Notes: generated by a model from the sequence alone, not told the origin. A stretch of 46,537 nt of DNA from a virus (IMGVR_UViG_3300048865_000027:1-46537), one strand, 5' to 3'. Shown: positions 16,183-26,611, numbered from the stretch's first letter. Program-made: numbers and translations.

Positions 16183-16649
16183 AAAACGCCTACGCCGAAG
16201 CCAGTGCCGCGGTCAGCGGCGATGCCGCCGACTCTGCGCCGGGTGGGTGGGGAATGTGCGCGGCCGCGGGCTGCTGCCTTCCAGGAACCATGTCGGCCAG
16301 CACCCAGGGCCCGAAGGACTGGTGGTGCCGCGTGCACTTCGGTGCACCACGTGGCGAGCACGACAGCATCACGGCGCATATTGCGAACCGGCGGTCGCTG
16401 TTCCAGCTGGCGTATCTGCTTGCCTCGGGTCAGAAGGGTGCGAATGCGTCGAGCGCAACGCGCGATCGGGTCCGCGCCATGGGACGCGCTGACCTGGTCG
16501 GCGGCCCAACGATGACCGAATACACCCTTGGCACGCAGATGCTGCAGGCCCTGACGAAGGAATGCCGCGCGCCGCAGAAGCACATGGGCGTGCCCAGCTC
16601 CGCGCGCGGCGCGTCCTGGATCGATACCGAAAAGGAAATTGCGGCATGA
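16179..16649 (+). CDS. Hypothetical Cys/His-containing protein
   Basis: ATGA-coupled; C...C...C..H. Confidence 0.65.
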   Translation: MKNAYAEASAAVSGDAADSAPGGWGMCAAAGCCLPGTMSASTQGPKDWWCRVHFGAPRGEHDSITAHIANRRSLFQLAYLLASGQKGANASSATRDRVRAMGRADLVGGPTMTEYTLGTQMLQALTKECRAPQKHMGVPSSARGASWIDTEKEIAA

Positions 16650-17251
16650 CGAGCACCCTGCACGCCCTCCCAGACGTGGACCCGTTCGACCCTATGGCCG
16701 GCACGCTGCAGCGCCTGGAAGGGCTGCCACTGGCCCAGGCTGCGGAGAACCTTGCCGAAATCGCCAACTTGCACCAGATCGCACGTCCAGCCGCCGTCGT
16801 GCTGACGCTGCCATACCCGATATCGGCGAACCGGTACTGGGCCTACCGCACCGTCAAGCCGCGCGGCAAGCCGGAATTCGTCAGCATGTACGTGACCAAG
16901 GAGGCGAAGGAATACAAGGACCAGGTCGCGAAGATGGCCAGGGTCGCCGGCGTGCGCGCGCCGATTGCCGGCCGCGTCGCGCTGGAGCTGACCCTGTACC
17001 CGCACCGACCGCTGGACTGGCAAAAGCGCATGCGGCAGCAGGGGCCGGCCTGGGACGACAGCGTCCAGTGCCTGGACCTAGACAACGCCCAGAAGGTGGT
17101 CCTGGACAGCTTGAAGGACGTGGTCTTCAACGACGACGCATGGGTACGGCAGATCATCGCGCGCCGCGCCGAGCCCGACGAGTTTGGCGCGCGGCTGATG
17201 GTCAAGGTCGTACCGATGCCGGTCGACACGCCGCAAGGGGCCCTGCTATGA
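16646..17251 (+). CDS. rusA: RusA-family Holliday junction resolvase
   Basis: LPYPISANRYW...DLDNAQKVVLDSL...NDD. Confidence 0.9.
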   Translation: MTSTLHALPDVDPFDPMAGTLQRLEGLPLAQAAENLAEIANLHQIARPAAVVLTLPYPISANRYWAYRTVKPRGKPEFVSMYVTKEAKEYKDQVAKMARVAGVRAPIAGRVALELTLYPHRPLDWQKRMRQQGPAWDDSVQCLDLDNAQKVVLDSLKDVVFNDDAWVRQIIARRAEPDEFGARLMVKVVPMPVDTPQGALL

Positions 17252-17709
17252 GCAACCAGCCGATGCCGGATCGCGATGAGGCGATCGTCGCGCGCATCTT
17301 CGCCGGCGGAAGCACCGCTAAGGTCGCGGCCGAACTGGGCATTTCTCCGGGCCGCGTGTCGCAGATCCTGGCCAGAAAGGGATTGTGCGGCCGGGTGAAG
17401 GAACCCGGCATGCCTTGCATCAGTTGGAGCGTGCGCCAGGAGCCGGGCGGGGCCTGGCTATGCACCGGCGGCGGCATTGCGCGCCGCGCCAAGACGCCGG
17501 AGGTCGCGGTGGAGCGCTGGAAGGCCGAGTTGGCCAGACAGCGCGGCACCATCGTCGTGCTGGAAACACCTACGCCGGCGCCCGTGCGCATCGTGACAGG
17601 CGCGCTGCGCCTCTCCGCGACGATGCGTCATCTGGCCGAGCGCGCGGCCGCCGCACAGCCTCCGCTGCTGAACATGGGCAGCCCGGTGCGGGAAGGCGGT
17701 GTCCAGTGA
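17248..17709 (+). CDS. HTH protein
   Basis: STAKVAAELGISPGRVSQIL. Confidence 0.65.
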   Translation: MSNQPMPDRDEAIVARIFAGGSTAKVAAELGISPGRVSQILARKGLCGRVKEPGMPCISWSVRQEPGGAWLCTGGGIARRAKTPEVAVERWKAELARQRGTIVVLETPTPAPVRIVTGALRLSATMRHLAERAAAAQPPLLNMGSPVREGGVQ

Positions 17710-18299
17710 CCTGGGAGGAACGCTGGGAGCGAGGGGACCCGGCCAAGGTGCTGGAGCGGAAGCAGGGCATGCAGGCGCGCCGGCCGTCCAAGGACGCCGC
17801 GCTTGCCAGGATTGAGCGTCTTTTTGCGGGGGAAGATATGACGCGCGAGATGGATTTCCGGACCAAGATCGGCCCGGAGCTGCACGAGCGGCTGGAGAAC
17901 TGGGGCTGGGTGATGCGGGACAAGATCACCCCCGGGACCAGCCCCACCGCCAAGATATGCCACCAACTGGCCGTCATGGCGGGGAAGTACAAGCCGGAGC
18001 ACAAATCCGAGCCGCCCACCCGCGCGCAGACGGCCGACGCCATGGAGGTGGAGCGCGCCTGGCGCAACGAGCTGATGCCCATGAAGGCCAAGATGATGCT
18101 CGCCGGCTACTACACCTACCGGCTGCACCCGCACCGGGTATGCCGCGCGGCCGCGATCCGCTTCGCCGACTTCGATTCCGAAATGGGCAAAGCATGTGGC
18201 TTTCTCGCGACGATCCTGGCAAGGCTTGCCGCAAGGGCAGTTAGGGCTCAGAATCCGGATCACAACTTGACAGCCGACACGCCTAGCGTGGCCGAGTAG
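17706..18299 (+). CDS. Q-like late antiterminator (start may be the ATG at 17838)
   Basis: RLENWG...DAMEVERAW...YY; last early gene, followed by a terminator. Confidence 0.6.
   Translation: MTWEERWERGDPAKVLERKQGMQARRPSKDAALARIERLFAGEDMTREMDFRTKIGPELHERLENWGWVMRDKITPGTSPTAKICHQLAVMAGKYKPEHKSEPPTRAQTADAMEVERAWRNELMPMKAKMMLAGYYTYRLHPHRVCRAAAIRFADFDSEMGKACGFLATILARLAARAVRAQNPDHNLTADTPSVAE
18226..18254 (+). promoter_or_regulatory. Possible late promoter (PR'-like)
   Basis: TTGCCG-17-CAGAAT in the Q-like 3' end, about 90 nt before a terminator. Confidence 0.3.
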
Positions 18300-18341
18300 A
18301 CGGGAGCCGAAAAGGCTCCCTTGGCTTGCCTGGAAGAAATG

Positions 18342-18369
18342 AAGCCCCGAGCTACTCGCCGGGGCTTTT
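18342..18369 (+). terminator. Intrinsic terminator (tR'-like)
   Basis: AAGCCCCG-N10-CGGGGCTTTT. Confidence 0.65.
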
Positions 18370-18463
18370 GTATTTTTACCGGCGAAAGCAGGCACCGCCG
18401 TGTAATGTGCAGTTCAGGTTCATGTGGTCGAATGTCCCCTCCATAACCCTAAAGGAGGAGACC

Positions 18464-18946
18464 ATGTCTACACTGGTGCAAGAGGAAAAGTGGCGTGCGT
18501 TTGATCAGGCCGTGGATCATTCCGCGCGTCTCCGAGATCGCACCAAAAAATTCGTGAGCGCAATCGGCAAACTCTTCGGGCAATCTGATGTCAACCAAAG
18601 GGTAGGACTGCAGGTGCAGGCCGTTGACGAGGACGGCGATATCGCGGCAAATATCGCTACGCCATTTGGCAAAGGCCGGCTAAGCCTGCAATGGGCAGTT
18701 CCAACCGAGGACGCAATTGCGATTGTCGTTGTGGAGCGTCAATCGAAGGATCAGTACGGACGTGATTTATGGCAGCCCGTGTGGCATATCAATATCCCTC
18801 CGTACGACGATCCGTATGTCGGAGAAGGGCAAGACAGGCTGCGCATTCCGCTTAGCCACGGCCATGGACAGGACCTGGCGATGGCACTTTACAAGACAGG
18901 GATGTCGATTTGCTACTTGATTGCCACCGGTCCTCAAACCGAATAG
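18464..18946 (+). CDS. Moron protein of unknown function
   Basis: 160 aa, AAGGAGGAG RBS, lower GC, flanked by terminators. Confidence 0.8.
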   Translation: MSTLVQEEKWRAFDQAVDHSARLRDRTKKFVSAIGKLFGQSDVNQRVGLQVQAVDEDGDIAANIATPFGKGRLSLQWAVPTEDAIAIVVVERQSKDQYGRDLWQPVWHINIPPYDDPYVGEGQDRLRIPLSHGHGQDLAMALYKTGMSICYLIATGPQTE

Positions 18947-18966
18947 TCCCCTAGTGGGACGATAAG

Positions 18967-18988
18967 GCCGCCCTTAGGCGGCTTTTTT
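18967..18988 (+). terminator. Intrinsic terminator
   Basis: GCCGCC-CTTA-GGCGGC-TTTTTT. Confidence 0.8.
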
Positions 18989-18996
18989 ATTTTCTT

Positions 18997-19203
18997 CCAC
19001 TGGGCTGCCGCCTCGCCATCCCCGCTGAAACGGGTCCTCCTCCCTGGGTGCACGGGGAAGATTTGAGGCGGCAGCCCAGTGGGAAAAGCCGCAGCAACCA
19101 ACCAGCGATATCCGGCAGGCGGTCCAGAATGCAGGGGCGTCCGGATGCGAGGAAGTTCCTCGCGCATGCTGGCTCTGGCCTGTGCCGCCAGAAGAGCGGC
19201 AGG
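18997..19203 (+). ncRNA. Candidate structured RNA in the late leader
   Basis: 18-bp perfect stem 18997-19014/19065-19082 plus further multi-stem junctions. Confidence 0.4.
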
Positions 19204-19269
19204 TATGCCCGCAATAGCCGCGGCCACCCTGATCCGTCTGGCCCCACACCCCACATCCCGAGACCATCC

Positions 19270-19590
19270 ATGGCCAAGCAATCCCAGCCGTTCCAGAACG
19301 GCACCGCGACGATCGACATCGGCGTCCGCTACCCGCCGTGCTGGAACGAGGTCTCCCTGTCCTTCCAGAAGGCCGACGGGACGCCTTACACCGCCGCCAT
19401 GACGGGCTCGGCCACCATCGAGGCCATGGGCGCGTTCGCGGACGTGTGGGAGCAGGGCGCCAACCCGCTGGACCTGACGACAGAGCGCCGCTGGGCCCCT
19501 TTCCTGTCTGGCATCCAGGCGGTGCGAATCACGGTGACGGGCGCCCCGGCGGACGCCTACTGCGTCGCCACCCTTGCCACGAACTGGTGA
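19270..19590 (+). CDS. Hypothetical beta-rich protein (possibly virion-associated)
   Basis: 106 aa, late-gene codon usage. Confidence 0.7.
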   Translation: MAKQSQPFQNGTATIDIGVRYPPCWNEVSLSFQKADGTPYTAAMTGSATIEAMGAFADVWEQGANPLDLTTERRWAPFLSGIQAVRITVTGAPADAYCVATLATNW

Positions 19591-19595
19591 TAGCC

Positions 19596-20381
19596 ATGTC
19601 GGTAGACGCAGGATTCAACAATCCGGCCACGGGTTTCGGTGCCAGCGAGACGACGGAAGGCGGCGCACCGGTGCAGGACGGCCAGGCTGTGACGGTCAAG
19701 CCGGCCAATGACGTGTCGCCGACCTACCAGGGCACGGCGGATGTCCAGGACGATGCCGTCACCGTGACTCTGCCGGCCACGGTCGCCATGGTGGCAGCCA
19801 ACAGCACGGTGGCGCTGGCCACGAGCAGCGGTTCTAGCGCAGGTAATGGAACGGCCTTCGTCAACCAGGGCGCGCTGACCAATGTCCGGTTTCCCGCGGG
19901 CAACACGCTGGTGACGGACGGCAACAGCCTGCCCCTGTCCAAGGAAGACAACACCGGGCTGCTGGCCATGGTCACAACCCATGTCGCCAGCGACACGTTC
20001 CAGAATGTCGCGCTGCCCCACAACTACGCCGTCACCGAGGACGGCAACGACGGCACCATCGTCAACCAGTACGACGGATCCGGCGGAGTGGCAATGGTCG
20101 CGGCAGTGAGCCAGAACCAGGCCACCTTCACCCTGGCGAACGCCACGACCAGGATCGTCATCAATGCGGCGCCCGTGTCCGTGAAGACCGCCGGGGGCAC
20201 CAGCGCGGGCGCCACCTTCGACATCGACCAAGGCGCGCTGAATGGCGTGACGCTGCTGCCCAACTTCGGACTGGTGCAGGATGGTACCGACCTGACGGTC
20301 CCCGTGACGGGCACCTACACGAGCAAGATCACCCCCCAGGTGGATGCCGACGGCGTCATTACTGGGTTCACCCTGAGTTGA
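19596..20381 (+). CDS. Thr/Val/Ala/Gly-rich repeat protein (possible head fibre/appendage)
   Basis: 261 aa, about six degenerate ~40-aa repeats. Confidence 0.7.
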   Translation: MSVDAGFNNPATGFGASETTEGGAPVQDGQAVTVKPANDVSPTYQGTADVQDDAVTVTLPATVAMVAANSTVALATSSGSSAGNGTAFVNQGALTNVRFPAGNTLVTDGNSLPLSKEDNTGLLAMVTTHVASDTFQNVALPHNYAVTEDGNDGTIVNQYDGSGGVAMVAAVSQNQATFTLANATTRIVINAAPVSVKTAGGTSAGATFDIDQGALNGVTLLPNFGLVQDGTDLTVPVTGTYTSKITPQVDADGVITGFTLS

Positions 20382-20383
20382 GC

Positions 20384-21046
20384 ATGACGGAAGCCAAGAA
20401 AGCCGCGCCCGACTGGGAACGGATCGAGGCGGATTATCGCGCCGGCATGCTATCGGTCCGAGAGATTGCCAGCCGTCAGGGCATATCCCACGTGGCGATC
20501 GCCAAGCGCGCCAAGCGCGACGGCTGGGAGCGCGACCTATCCGCTGCCATCCGCGCCAAGGCCGAAGCGCTGGTTACCAAGCAGTCGGTTACCACGGAGG
20601 TTTCCGGTAACCAGAAAGAGCAGGTTGCCGCAGTCGTTGATCAGAACAGCGAACAGCTCGCCGGCGTGATGCTGACCCAGCGCCGCAGCGTGACACGCGC
20701 GCACCGCCTCTGCATGCAACTGTTCGACGAGCTGGAGGCGCAGACCAATGACCCTGAGCTGTTCGCGCACCTGGGCGAGTTCCTGCGCGAAGAGGGCGAG
20801 GACGGCGCCAAGAAGCGGGCCGCCGCGTACGACAAGGTCCTGACTTTCGGTTCCCGCGTCGACGGCATGAAGAAGCTGGGCGAAACCCTGAAGGTGCTGA
20901 TCGGCCTGGAGCGCGACATCTACGGCCTGAACAATCCCGAGCCGCCCCCGCCCCCGCCCCCGGCGCCCGCCAATGCGCAGGGCACCACGGTGGTGTCCGA
21001 CGACCCGAATGCTGCTGCGGCTGCCTACCGTGCCCTGATGAACTGA
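20384..21046 (+). CDS. terS: Terminase small subunit
   Basis: [20 protein letters not shown]...[14 protein letters not shown]; precedes TerL. Confidence 0.8.
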   Translation: MTEAKKAAPDWERIEADYRAGMLSVREIASRQGISHVAIAKRAKRDGWERDLSAAIRAKAEALVTKQSVTTEVSGNQKEQVAAVVDQNSEQLAGVMLTQRRSVTRAHRLCMQLFDELEAQTNDPELFAHLGEFLREEGEDGAKKRAAAYDKVLTFGSRVDGMKKLGETLKVLIGLERDIYGLNNPEPPPPPPPAPANAQGTTVVSDDPNAAAAAYRALMN

Positions 21047-22641
21047 TGCCCATACCGTTCCCGTTCGACTGGAAGAATCCTGACTATCGCCAGGTCTTCG
21101 AGTGGCGGATCGAGCGGCTCAAGCGCATCCGGGCGGTACCCGAGCAGCTGAAGCACCTGAAGGCCTTCTACGCCCAGAACCCCGCCCAGTTCATCATCGA
21201 CTGGGGCATGACGTTCGACCCGCGCAATGTCGAGCGCGGCTTGCCGTCCAGCGTCCCGCTGCTGTTGTTCCCCAAGCAGGAGGAATGGGTCCATTGGTTC
21301 ATGGAGCGCTGGGAGCGGCAGGAGCCGGGCATCACCGAGAAAAGCCGTGACATGGGCATGTCCTGGCTGACGGTGGCCCTGGCCGACACGGTATGCCTGT
21401 TCCGCGAGGGCGTGGCGGTTGGCTTCGGCTCCCGGAAGGAAGAGTACGTCGACAAGATCGGTTCCCCGAAGTCGCTGTTCTGGAAGGCACGCGCGTTCAT
21501 AAAGCTGCTGCCCGTGGAGTTCCGGGGCAGTTGGGACGAGCGCCTGCACAGCGCCCACATGCGGATCCACTTCCCGGAGACGGGCTCGGTAATTACCGGC
21601 GAGGCGGGCGACAACATCGGCCGCGGGGACCGGGCGAGCTTCTACATCGTCGACGAGTCGGCATTTCTGGAGCGGCCGCAGCTGGTGGAAGCGTCCCTGG
21701 CCGCGACGACCAACTGCCGGCAGGACATCAGCACGCCGAACGGATCGGCCAACCCCTTCGCCCAGCGCCGGCACAGTGGCCGGATCCCGGTCTTCACCTT
21801 CCACTGGCGCGACGATCCCCGCAAGGATGACGCCTGGTACGAGAAGCAGGTGCGCGACCTGGACCCGGTTACGGTGGCGCAGGAAATCGACATCAACTAC
21901 GCCGCGTCGGTGGAAGGCGTCCTGATTCCCTCCGCCTGGGTGCAGGCCGCCATCGGCGCGCACCAAAAGCTGGGCATCCAGCCTTCTGGCGCCCGCCGCG
22001 CTGGACTGGACGTGGCCGATGAGGGCCGGGACAAGAACGCCTTCGCTGGCCGCCACGGCATCGTGCTGCAGCACCTGCACCAGTGGTCCGGCAAGGGAAG
22101 CGACATCTTCGACACCGTGGTTCGTGCCATGGGCTACTGCGACGAGTACGGCTATGAGATGCTGGACTACGACGCGGACGGCCTGGGCTCGGGCGTCCGC
22201 GGCGATTCCCGGGTGATCAACGAGCAGCGCCAGGCCGAAGCCAAGCGCCAGATCATGGTGGAGCCATTCCGCGGCTCCGGTGAGGTCTACGACCCGGACG
22301 GCGAGATGGTCCCCAAGCGCCTGAACAAGGACTTCTTCGCCAACGCCAAGGCCCAGGCCTGGTGGTCGCTGCGGTTGCGCTTCCAGGCTACCTACCGGGC
22401 CGTGGTCGAGGGGATGGAGTTCAACCCGGACGACTTGATATCGATCGAACCTGACCTGCCCGACCGCGCGGCGCTGGTAATGGAGCTGTCCCAGCCGACG
22501 TACGGCAAGACGGTGACCGGGAAGATCCAGGTCAACAAGCAGCCCGACAACACGAAGTCCCCCAACCTGGCGGACGCGGTCATGATCGCGTACCAGCCGG
22601 CCTCCCGCGCGCTCGATGTCTGGGCGCGCCTCGCAGCGTAA
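21046..22641 (+). CDS. terL: Terminase large subunit
   Basis: [10 protein letters not shown] Walker A-like, YIVDE Walker [17 protein letters not shown] nuclease, SPNLADA. Confidence 0.95.
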   Translation: MPIPFPFDWKNPDYRQVFEWRIERLKRIRAVPEQLKHLKAFYAQNPAQFIIDWGMTFDPRNVERGLPSSVPLLLFPKQEEWVHWFMERWERQEPGITEKSRDMGMSWLTVALADTVCLFREGVAVGFGSRKEEYVDKIGSPKSLFWKARAFIKLLPVEFRGSWDERLHSAHMRIHFPETGSVITGEAGDNIGRGDRASFYIVDESAFLERPQLVEASLAATTNCRQDISTPNGSANPFAQRRHSGRIPVFTFHWRDDPRKDDAWYEKQVRDLDPVTVAQEIDINYAASVEGVLIPSAWVQAAIGAHQKLGIQPSGARRAGLDVADEGRDKNAFAGRHGIVLQHLHQWSGKGSDIFDTVVRAMGYCDEYGYEMLDYDADGLGSGVRGDSRVINEQRQAEAKRQIMVEPFRGSGEVYDPDGEMVPKRLNKDFFANAKAQAWWSLRLRFQATYRAVVEGMEFNPDDLISIEPDLPDRAALVMELSQPTYGKTVTGKIQVNKQPDNTKSPNLADAVMIAYQPASRALDVWARLAA

Positions 22642-22649
22642 GGAAAACC

Positions 22650-24095
22650 ATGGGTCGTCGCAGTTACGGAAAGGTGCGTGCGCCGCAGGCTGTCGCGCCC
22701 ACCGCCCGGGTTGCCGACTCGTTCGCCAACTTCGAAGCGCGGGTCGGCATCCAGGCGGCGAACCAGGCGTCCAAGGGGCACTACACCTTCGACCTGGTCA
22801 GCCGCAACCGCATCCAGATGGAGGCGGCCTACCGGTCGTCCTGGATCTGCGGCATGGCCGTGGACGCGGTGGCCGAGGACATGACGCGCGCCGGCCTGGA
22901 GCTGGCAAGCGATATCGACCCCGACGATGCAGACCGCATCCACGCGACGATGGAGGAATTCCAAGTCTGGGATGCGCTGTGCGATACGGTGAAGTGGTCC
23001 CGGCTCTACGGCGGCGCCGTCGCGGTGATGCTGATCGACGGCCAGGACGTGAGCACGCCGCTGAATCTGGACACGATCAAGAAAGACCAGTTCAAAGGCC
23101 TGCTGGTCCTGGACCGCTGGCTGGTGCAGCCGTCGCTTCAGGACCTGGTCACCGAATACGGTCCGAACCTCGGCAAACCGAAGTTCTACCAGGTCGTGGC
23201 CGACGGCATGGCCCTGCGCAACCAGCGCATCCACTACAGCCGCGTGATCCGCATGGAGGGTGTCGACCTCCCGTATTGGCAGCGAATCGCAGAGAACCTG
23301 TGGGGGCAGTCGGTGCTGGAGCGGCTGTGGGACCGTCTCCTGGCCTTCGACAGCACGACCGAGGGCGCGGCGCAGCTGGTCTACAAGGCGCATCTCCGGA
23401 CGTACAAGGTCAAGGGCTTGCGCCAAATCCTGGCCATGGGTGGCCCAGCCGAGGCCGGCCTGATGAAGCAGATGGACTTCATCCGCCGGTTCCAGTCCAA
23501 CGAGGGCATGACTCTCATGGACGCCGACGACGAGTTCGAGGCCCATTCGTACACCTTCAGCGGCCTGGACAACGTCCTGCTGCAGTTCGGCCAGCAGATC
23601 TCCGGTGCGCTCCAGATTCCCTTGGTGCGGCTCTTCGGTCAGTCGCCCGCAGGGCTGAACGCCACGGGCGAATCCGACCTGCGCACCTACTACGACAAGG
23701 TGGCCCAGCAGCAGGATAGAAAGCTGCGTTTCGGCCTGAAAGTCCTGCTGGACGTCATCCACCGGTCGGCGCTGGGCAAACCGCCTGACGACCAGTTCGG
23801 CTTCGAGTTCCGCCCGCTGTGGCAGATCACCGATACCGAGAAGGCGGACATCGCCGAGAAGCTGGCGCGCGCGGTCGGCAGCACCTTCGACATGGGCATC
23901 GTCGGCCGCAAGACCGCGCTGTCCGAGCTGCGCAAGTCCAGCCGGGTGACCGGCGTATTCAGCACGATCACCGAGGAAGACATCGATGCCGCAGACAACG
24001 ACCCGCCCGATCCCGGCGAAGTCGATGTACCTGGGCTCGGTCTCGGCGAGGACCAAGGACAAGCGCCAGGAGCGGAAGCGACAGCGCCGACCTGA
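22650..24095 (+). CDS. Portal protein (DUF1073 family)
   Basis: YRSSWICG.AVD.VAEDMTR...SRLYGG...IPLVRLFGQSPAGLNATGESD. Confidence 0.9.
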   Translation: MGRRSYGKVRAPQAVAPTARVADSFANFEARVGIQAANQASKGHYTFDLVSRNRIQMEAAYRSSWICGMAVDAVAEDMTRAGLELASDIDPDDADRIHATMEEFQVWDALCDTVKWSRLYGGAVAVMLIDGQDVSTPLNLDTIKKDQFKGLLVLDRWLVQPSLQDLVTEYGPNLGKPKFYQVVADGMALRNQRIHYSRVIRMEGVDLPYWQRIAENLWGQSVLERLWDRLLAFDSTTEGAAQLVYKAHLRTYKVKGLRQILAMGGPAEAGLMKQMDFIRRFQSNEGMTLMDADDEFEAHSYTFSGLDNVLLQFGQQISGALQIPLVRLFGQSPAGLNATGESDLRTYYDKVAQQQDRKLRFGLKVLLDVIHRSALGKPPDDQFGFEFRPLWQITDTEKADIAEKLARAVGSTFDMGIVGRKTALSELRKSSRVTGVFSTITEEDIDAADNDPPDPGEVDVPGLGLGEDQGQAPGAEATAPT

Positions 24096-24825
24096 TCCGG
24101 TCAGGGCGCGGCGCGCGGAGGTCCAGTTCTCGGCGCAGCTGAAGAAGGTGGCCAAGAACATCGGCGACATCATCGACGGCTTTCCCGCGGGCAACCCGGC
24201 CGCCGTGCCGCCTATCACCGCCATCCTGGAGTCATATTCCAAAGCCCTGGAGGAATGGGCACGCGGCGCCGCCTTGCGCATGCTGACCGAGGTAAACAGG
24301 CGCGACCGCGACGCCTTCCTGGAGCGCAGCAAGGAAATGTCCCAGGCGCTGCGCGACGAGATCCGCAACGCCGACACCGGGCGCGTCATGCAGCAGTTGC
24401 TCGGCGAGCAGGTCGAGCTGATCAAGTCGCTGCCGCTGGACGCGGCCAAGCGTGTGCACAAGCTGACCATCGAAGGCCTGCAAGACAGCACGCGCGCTGC
24501 CGAGATCGCGAAGGAAATCCAGCGGTCTGGCGAGGTCGCCGAGAGCCGCGCCATGCTGATCGCCCGCACGGAGGTCGCCAGAACGGCCGCCAAGCTCACC
24601 GAGGCGCGCGCGCAGTCGGTGGGCAGCACGCATTACATCTGGCGCACCGTGGGCGATTCTGACGTGCGGCCGGGGCATCGACACATGAACGGCAAGGTCT
24701 TCGCCTGGAACGACCCGCCGATGGTCAACGAGGGTGACGACAAGCGCCCGAACTGGATCCGGCACCACCCCGGCGAGATCTGGAACTGCCGCTGCTACGC
24801 GGAACCGATCCTGGCAAAGGAATGA
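24025..24825 (+). CDS. Minor head/morphogenesis protein (SPP1 gp7/Mu F-like)
   Basis: RAMLIARTE...YIWRT.GD..VR..H...HPGEIWNCRC; start uncertain. Confidence 0.9.
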   Translation: MYLGSVSARTKDKRQERKRQRRPDPVRARRAEVQFSAQLKKVAKNIGDIIDGFPAGNPAAVPPITAILESYSKALEEWARGAALRMLTEVNRRDRDAFLERSKEMSQALRDEIRNADTGRVMQQLLGEQVELIKSLPLDAAKRVHKLTIEGLQDSTRAAEIAKEIQRSGEVAESRAMLIARTEVARTAAKLTEARAQSVGSTHYIWRTVGDSDVRPGHRHMNGKVFAWNDPPMVNEGDDKRPNWIRHHPGEIWNCRCYAEPILAKE

Positions 24826-26090
24826 GCATGCACACCACTGACCGCATGGCCAGCGGCTTCTACACGGTCGAGCGCCTGGGCGCGCGGCAGTCCGTGACGA
24901 ATGAGGGCTTCCTGCTGTGCGAGGGCGTCCCGATCGCGCGAATTGGCGAGTTGCTGTACGCCGCCGGCGAGGTGCCGATCGAGACGGGCAGCGACGGCAT
25001 CATCCACGTCGACCGCACGCCAGAAGAGGTGTTCCGGCCGGAAACGCTGGCCAGCTTCGAAGGCAAGCCGGTGACGATGGACCACCCGGCCGACTTCGTG
25101 ACGCCAGAGACCTGGCGCCAGTTGGCCGTCGGCATCACGCAGAACGTGCGCCGCGGTGAGGGCCTGAACGATGGCTACATCCTGGCCGACATGCTGATCA
25201 CTGACCGCGCCGCTATCGACGCGGTCCGCACTGGCCTGCGGGAGGTCTCCTGCGGCTATGACGCCGACTACGTACAGATTGAGCCCGGGCGCGGGGTACA
25301 GCGCAACATCATTGGCAATCATGTGGCGCTGGTAGAGCGCGGCCGCTGCGGCCCGCGTTGCGCAATCGGAGATAAGGAACCGGAAATGGCAAAGAAAACC
25401 TGGATGGACAAGCTTCGCGCTGCCCTGAAGACCAAGGACGAAGCGGGCGTGGAGGAAGCCTTGAAGGAGGCTGAAACCGCCGACGGGGACGGTGACGACG
25501 ACAAGGACAAGGACAAGAACGACGACAAATCCGGCAAGACCGGCGATGCCCTGGCCAAGATCATGTCCACCCTGGACGCCATGAACAAGCGCATCGGCGA
25601 CATGGAAGCCAAGCTGGACGAGAAGGACGACGACGAAAAGGAAACCAAGGACGCCGTCCTGGAAGCCGAAACGGCCGAGTCCAATACGGAGGCCAAGGGC
25701 GAAACCTACACCGGCGACATGGCCACCGTCCGCTCCCACGCCGAAATCCTGGCGCCGGGCATCAAGCTGCCGACCTTCGACAGCAAGAAGGTCAAGACGG
25801 CCGATGCCATCTGCGCCTGCCAGCGCAAGGCCCTGGAGACCGCGTATGCGACCGACGCCGGCCGCGCAGCGATCGATCCTTTCCTGGGTGGCCGTCCCGC
25901 CGAGTTCATGACCATGGACGCCGGCGCAGTCAGCACGATCTTCAACGGTGCCGCGGCGCTGCGTCGCCACCAGAACAACACGTCCGGCGCGCGCAGCGGT
26001 ATCACGACGCGGGACTTCGGGCGCGCCGCTACGGTGGCGAGCATCAATCAGCAAAACCGCGATTTCTGGACCGCCCGGGCGGGCAAATAA
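24822..26090 (+). CDS. DUF2213 prohead protease/scaffold
   Basis: EGFLLCEGVPIARIG...SFEGKPVTMDHP...EVSCGY...NHVALVERGRCG. Confidence 0.88.
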   Translation: MSMHTTDRMASGFYTVERLGARQSVTNEGFLLCEGVPIARIGELLYAAGEVPIETGSDGIIHVDRTPEEVFRPETLASFEGKPVTMDHPADFVTPETWRQLAVGITQNVRRGEGLNDGYILADMLITDRAAIDAVRTGLREVSCGYDADYVQIEPGRGVQRNIIGNHVALVERGRCGPRCAIGDKEPEMAKKTWMDKLRAALKTKDEAGVEEALKEAETADGDGDDDKDKDKNDDKSGKTGDALAKIMSTLDAMNKRIGDMEAKLDEKDDDEKETKDAVLEAETAESNTEAKGETYTGDMATVRSHAEILAPGIKLPTFDSKKVKTADAICACQRKALETAYATDAGRAAIDPFLGGRPAEFMTMDAGAVSTIFNGAAALRRHQNNTSGARSGITTRDFGRAATVASINQQNRDFWTARAGK

Positions 26091-26106
26091 CCAAGGAACC
26101 ACCATC

Positions 26107-26592
26107 ATGGTAGCTTTTCTCTATCGCATGCCGTCCGGGATCGCGGGCGACGTCAGCCGCAAAGGGCAATCGGTCGTCGAGACCCAAATGTTCAACTCCG
26201 CGGCTCCTTTCTCGGCCTACGGCCTGGTCGGCAAGATGTCCGCCGGCAAGTTCGTGCCCTTCGCCGGCGGCGAGGCAGCAACCGACGCGTTCGGCGTGCT
26301 GGTGCGCCCCTACCCGACGAACTCCGGTACCGATGGTCTCGGCACCGCCACGCCGCCCACCGCCGGCCCGGCCGATGTGCTGCGCCGCGGTTGGGTGACG
26401 GTGAAGCTGAACGGCGGCGCGTCGGTCGTGGCCGGTGGCCAGGTCTACGTGCGCGTGGCGGCCGCCGCGGCCGGCAAGCCGATCGGCGGATTCGAAGGCG
26501 CAGCCGACGGCACCAACACGGTCGCCATCAATGCCGTCTTCGAGTGCGCCGCCGACGCCGACGGCAACGTCGAAATCTCCTTCCGCAACTGA
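26107..26592 (+). CDS. Head decoration/cement protein
   Basis: YRMPSGIAGDVSR...GVLVRPYP; lies between scaffold and capsid genes. Confidence 0.75.
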   Translation: MVAFLYRMPSGIAGDVSRKGQSVVETQMFNSAAPFSAYGLVGKMSAGKFVPFAGGEAATDAFGVLVRPYPTNSGTDGLGTATPPTAGPADVLRRGWVTVKLNGGASVVAGGQVYVRVAAAAAGKPIGGFEGAADGTNTVAINAVFECAADADGNVEISFRN

Positions 26593-26611
26593 TCCCCCAT
26601 CACGAAAGATG

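Noticed and set aside
20940-20970. C-rich tract in terS as a phase-variable repeat
   Set aside because: Alternating CCG/CCC codons encode a poly-Pro linker rather than a pure homopolymer
22650-24095. Anti-CBASS (Acb1) protein
   Set aside because: DUF1073 proteins are sometimes labelled this way, but the size and position after TerL indicate a portal
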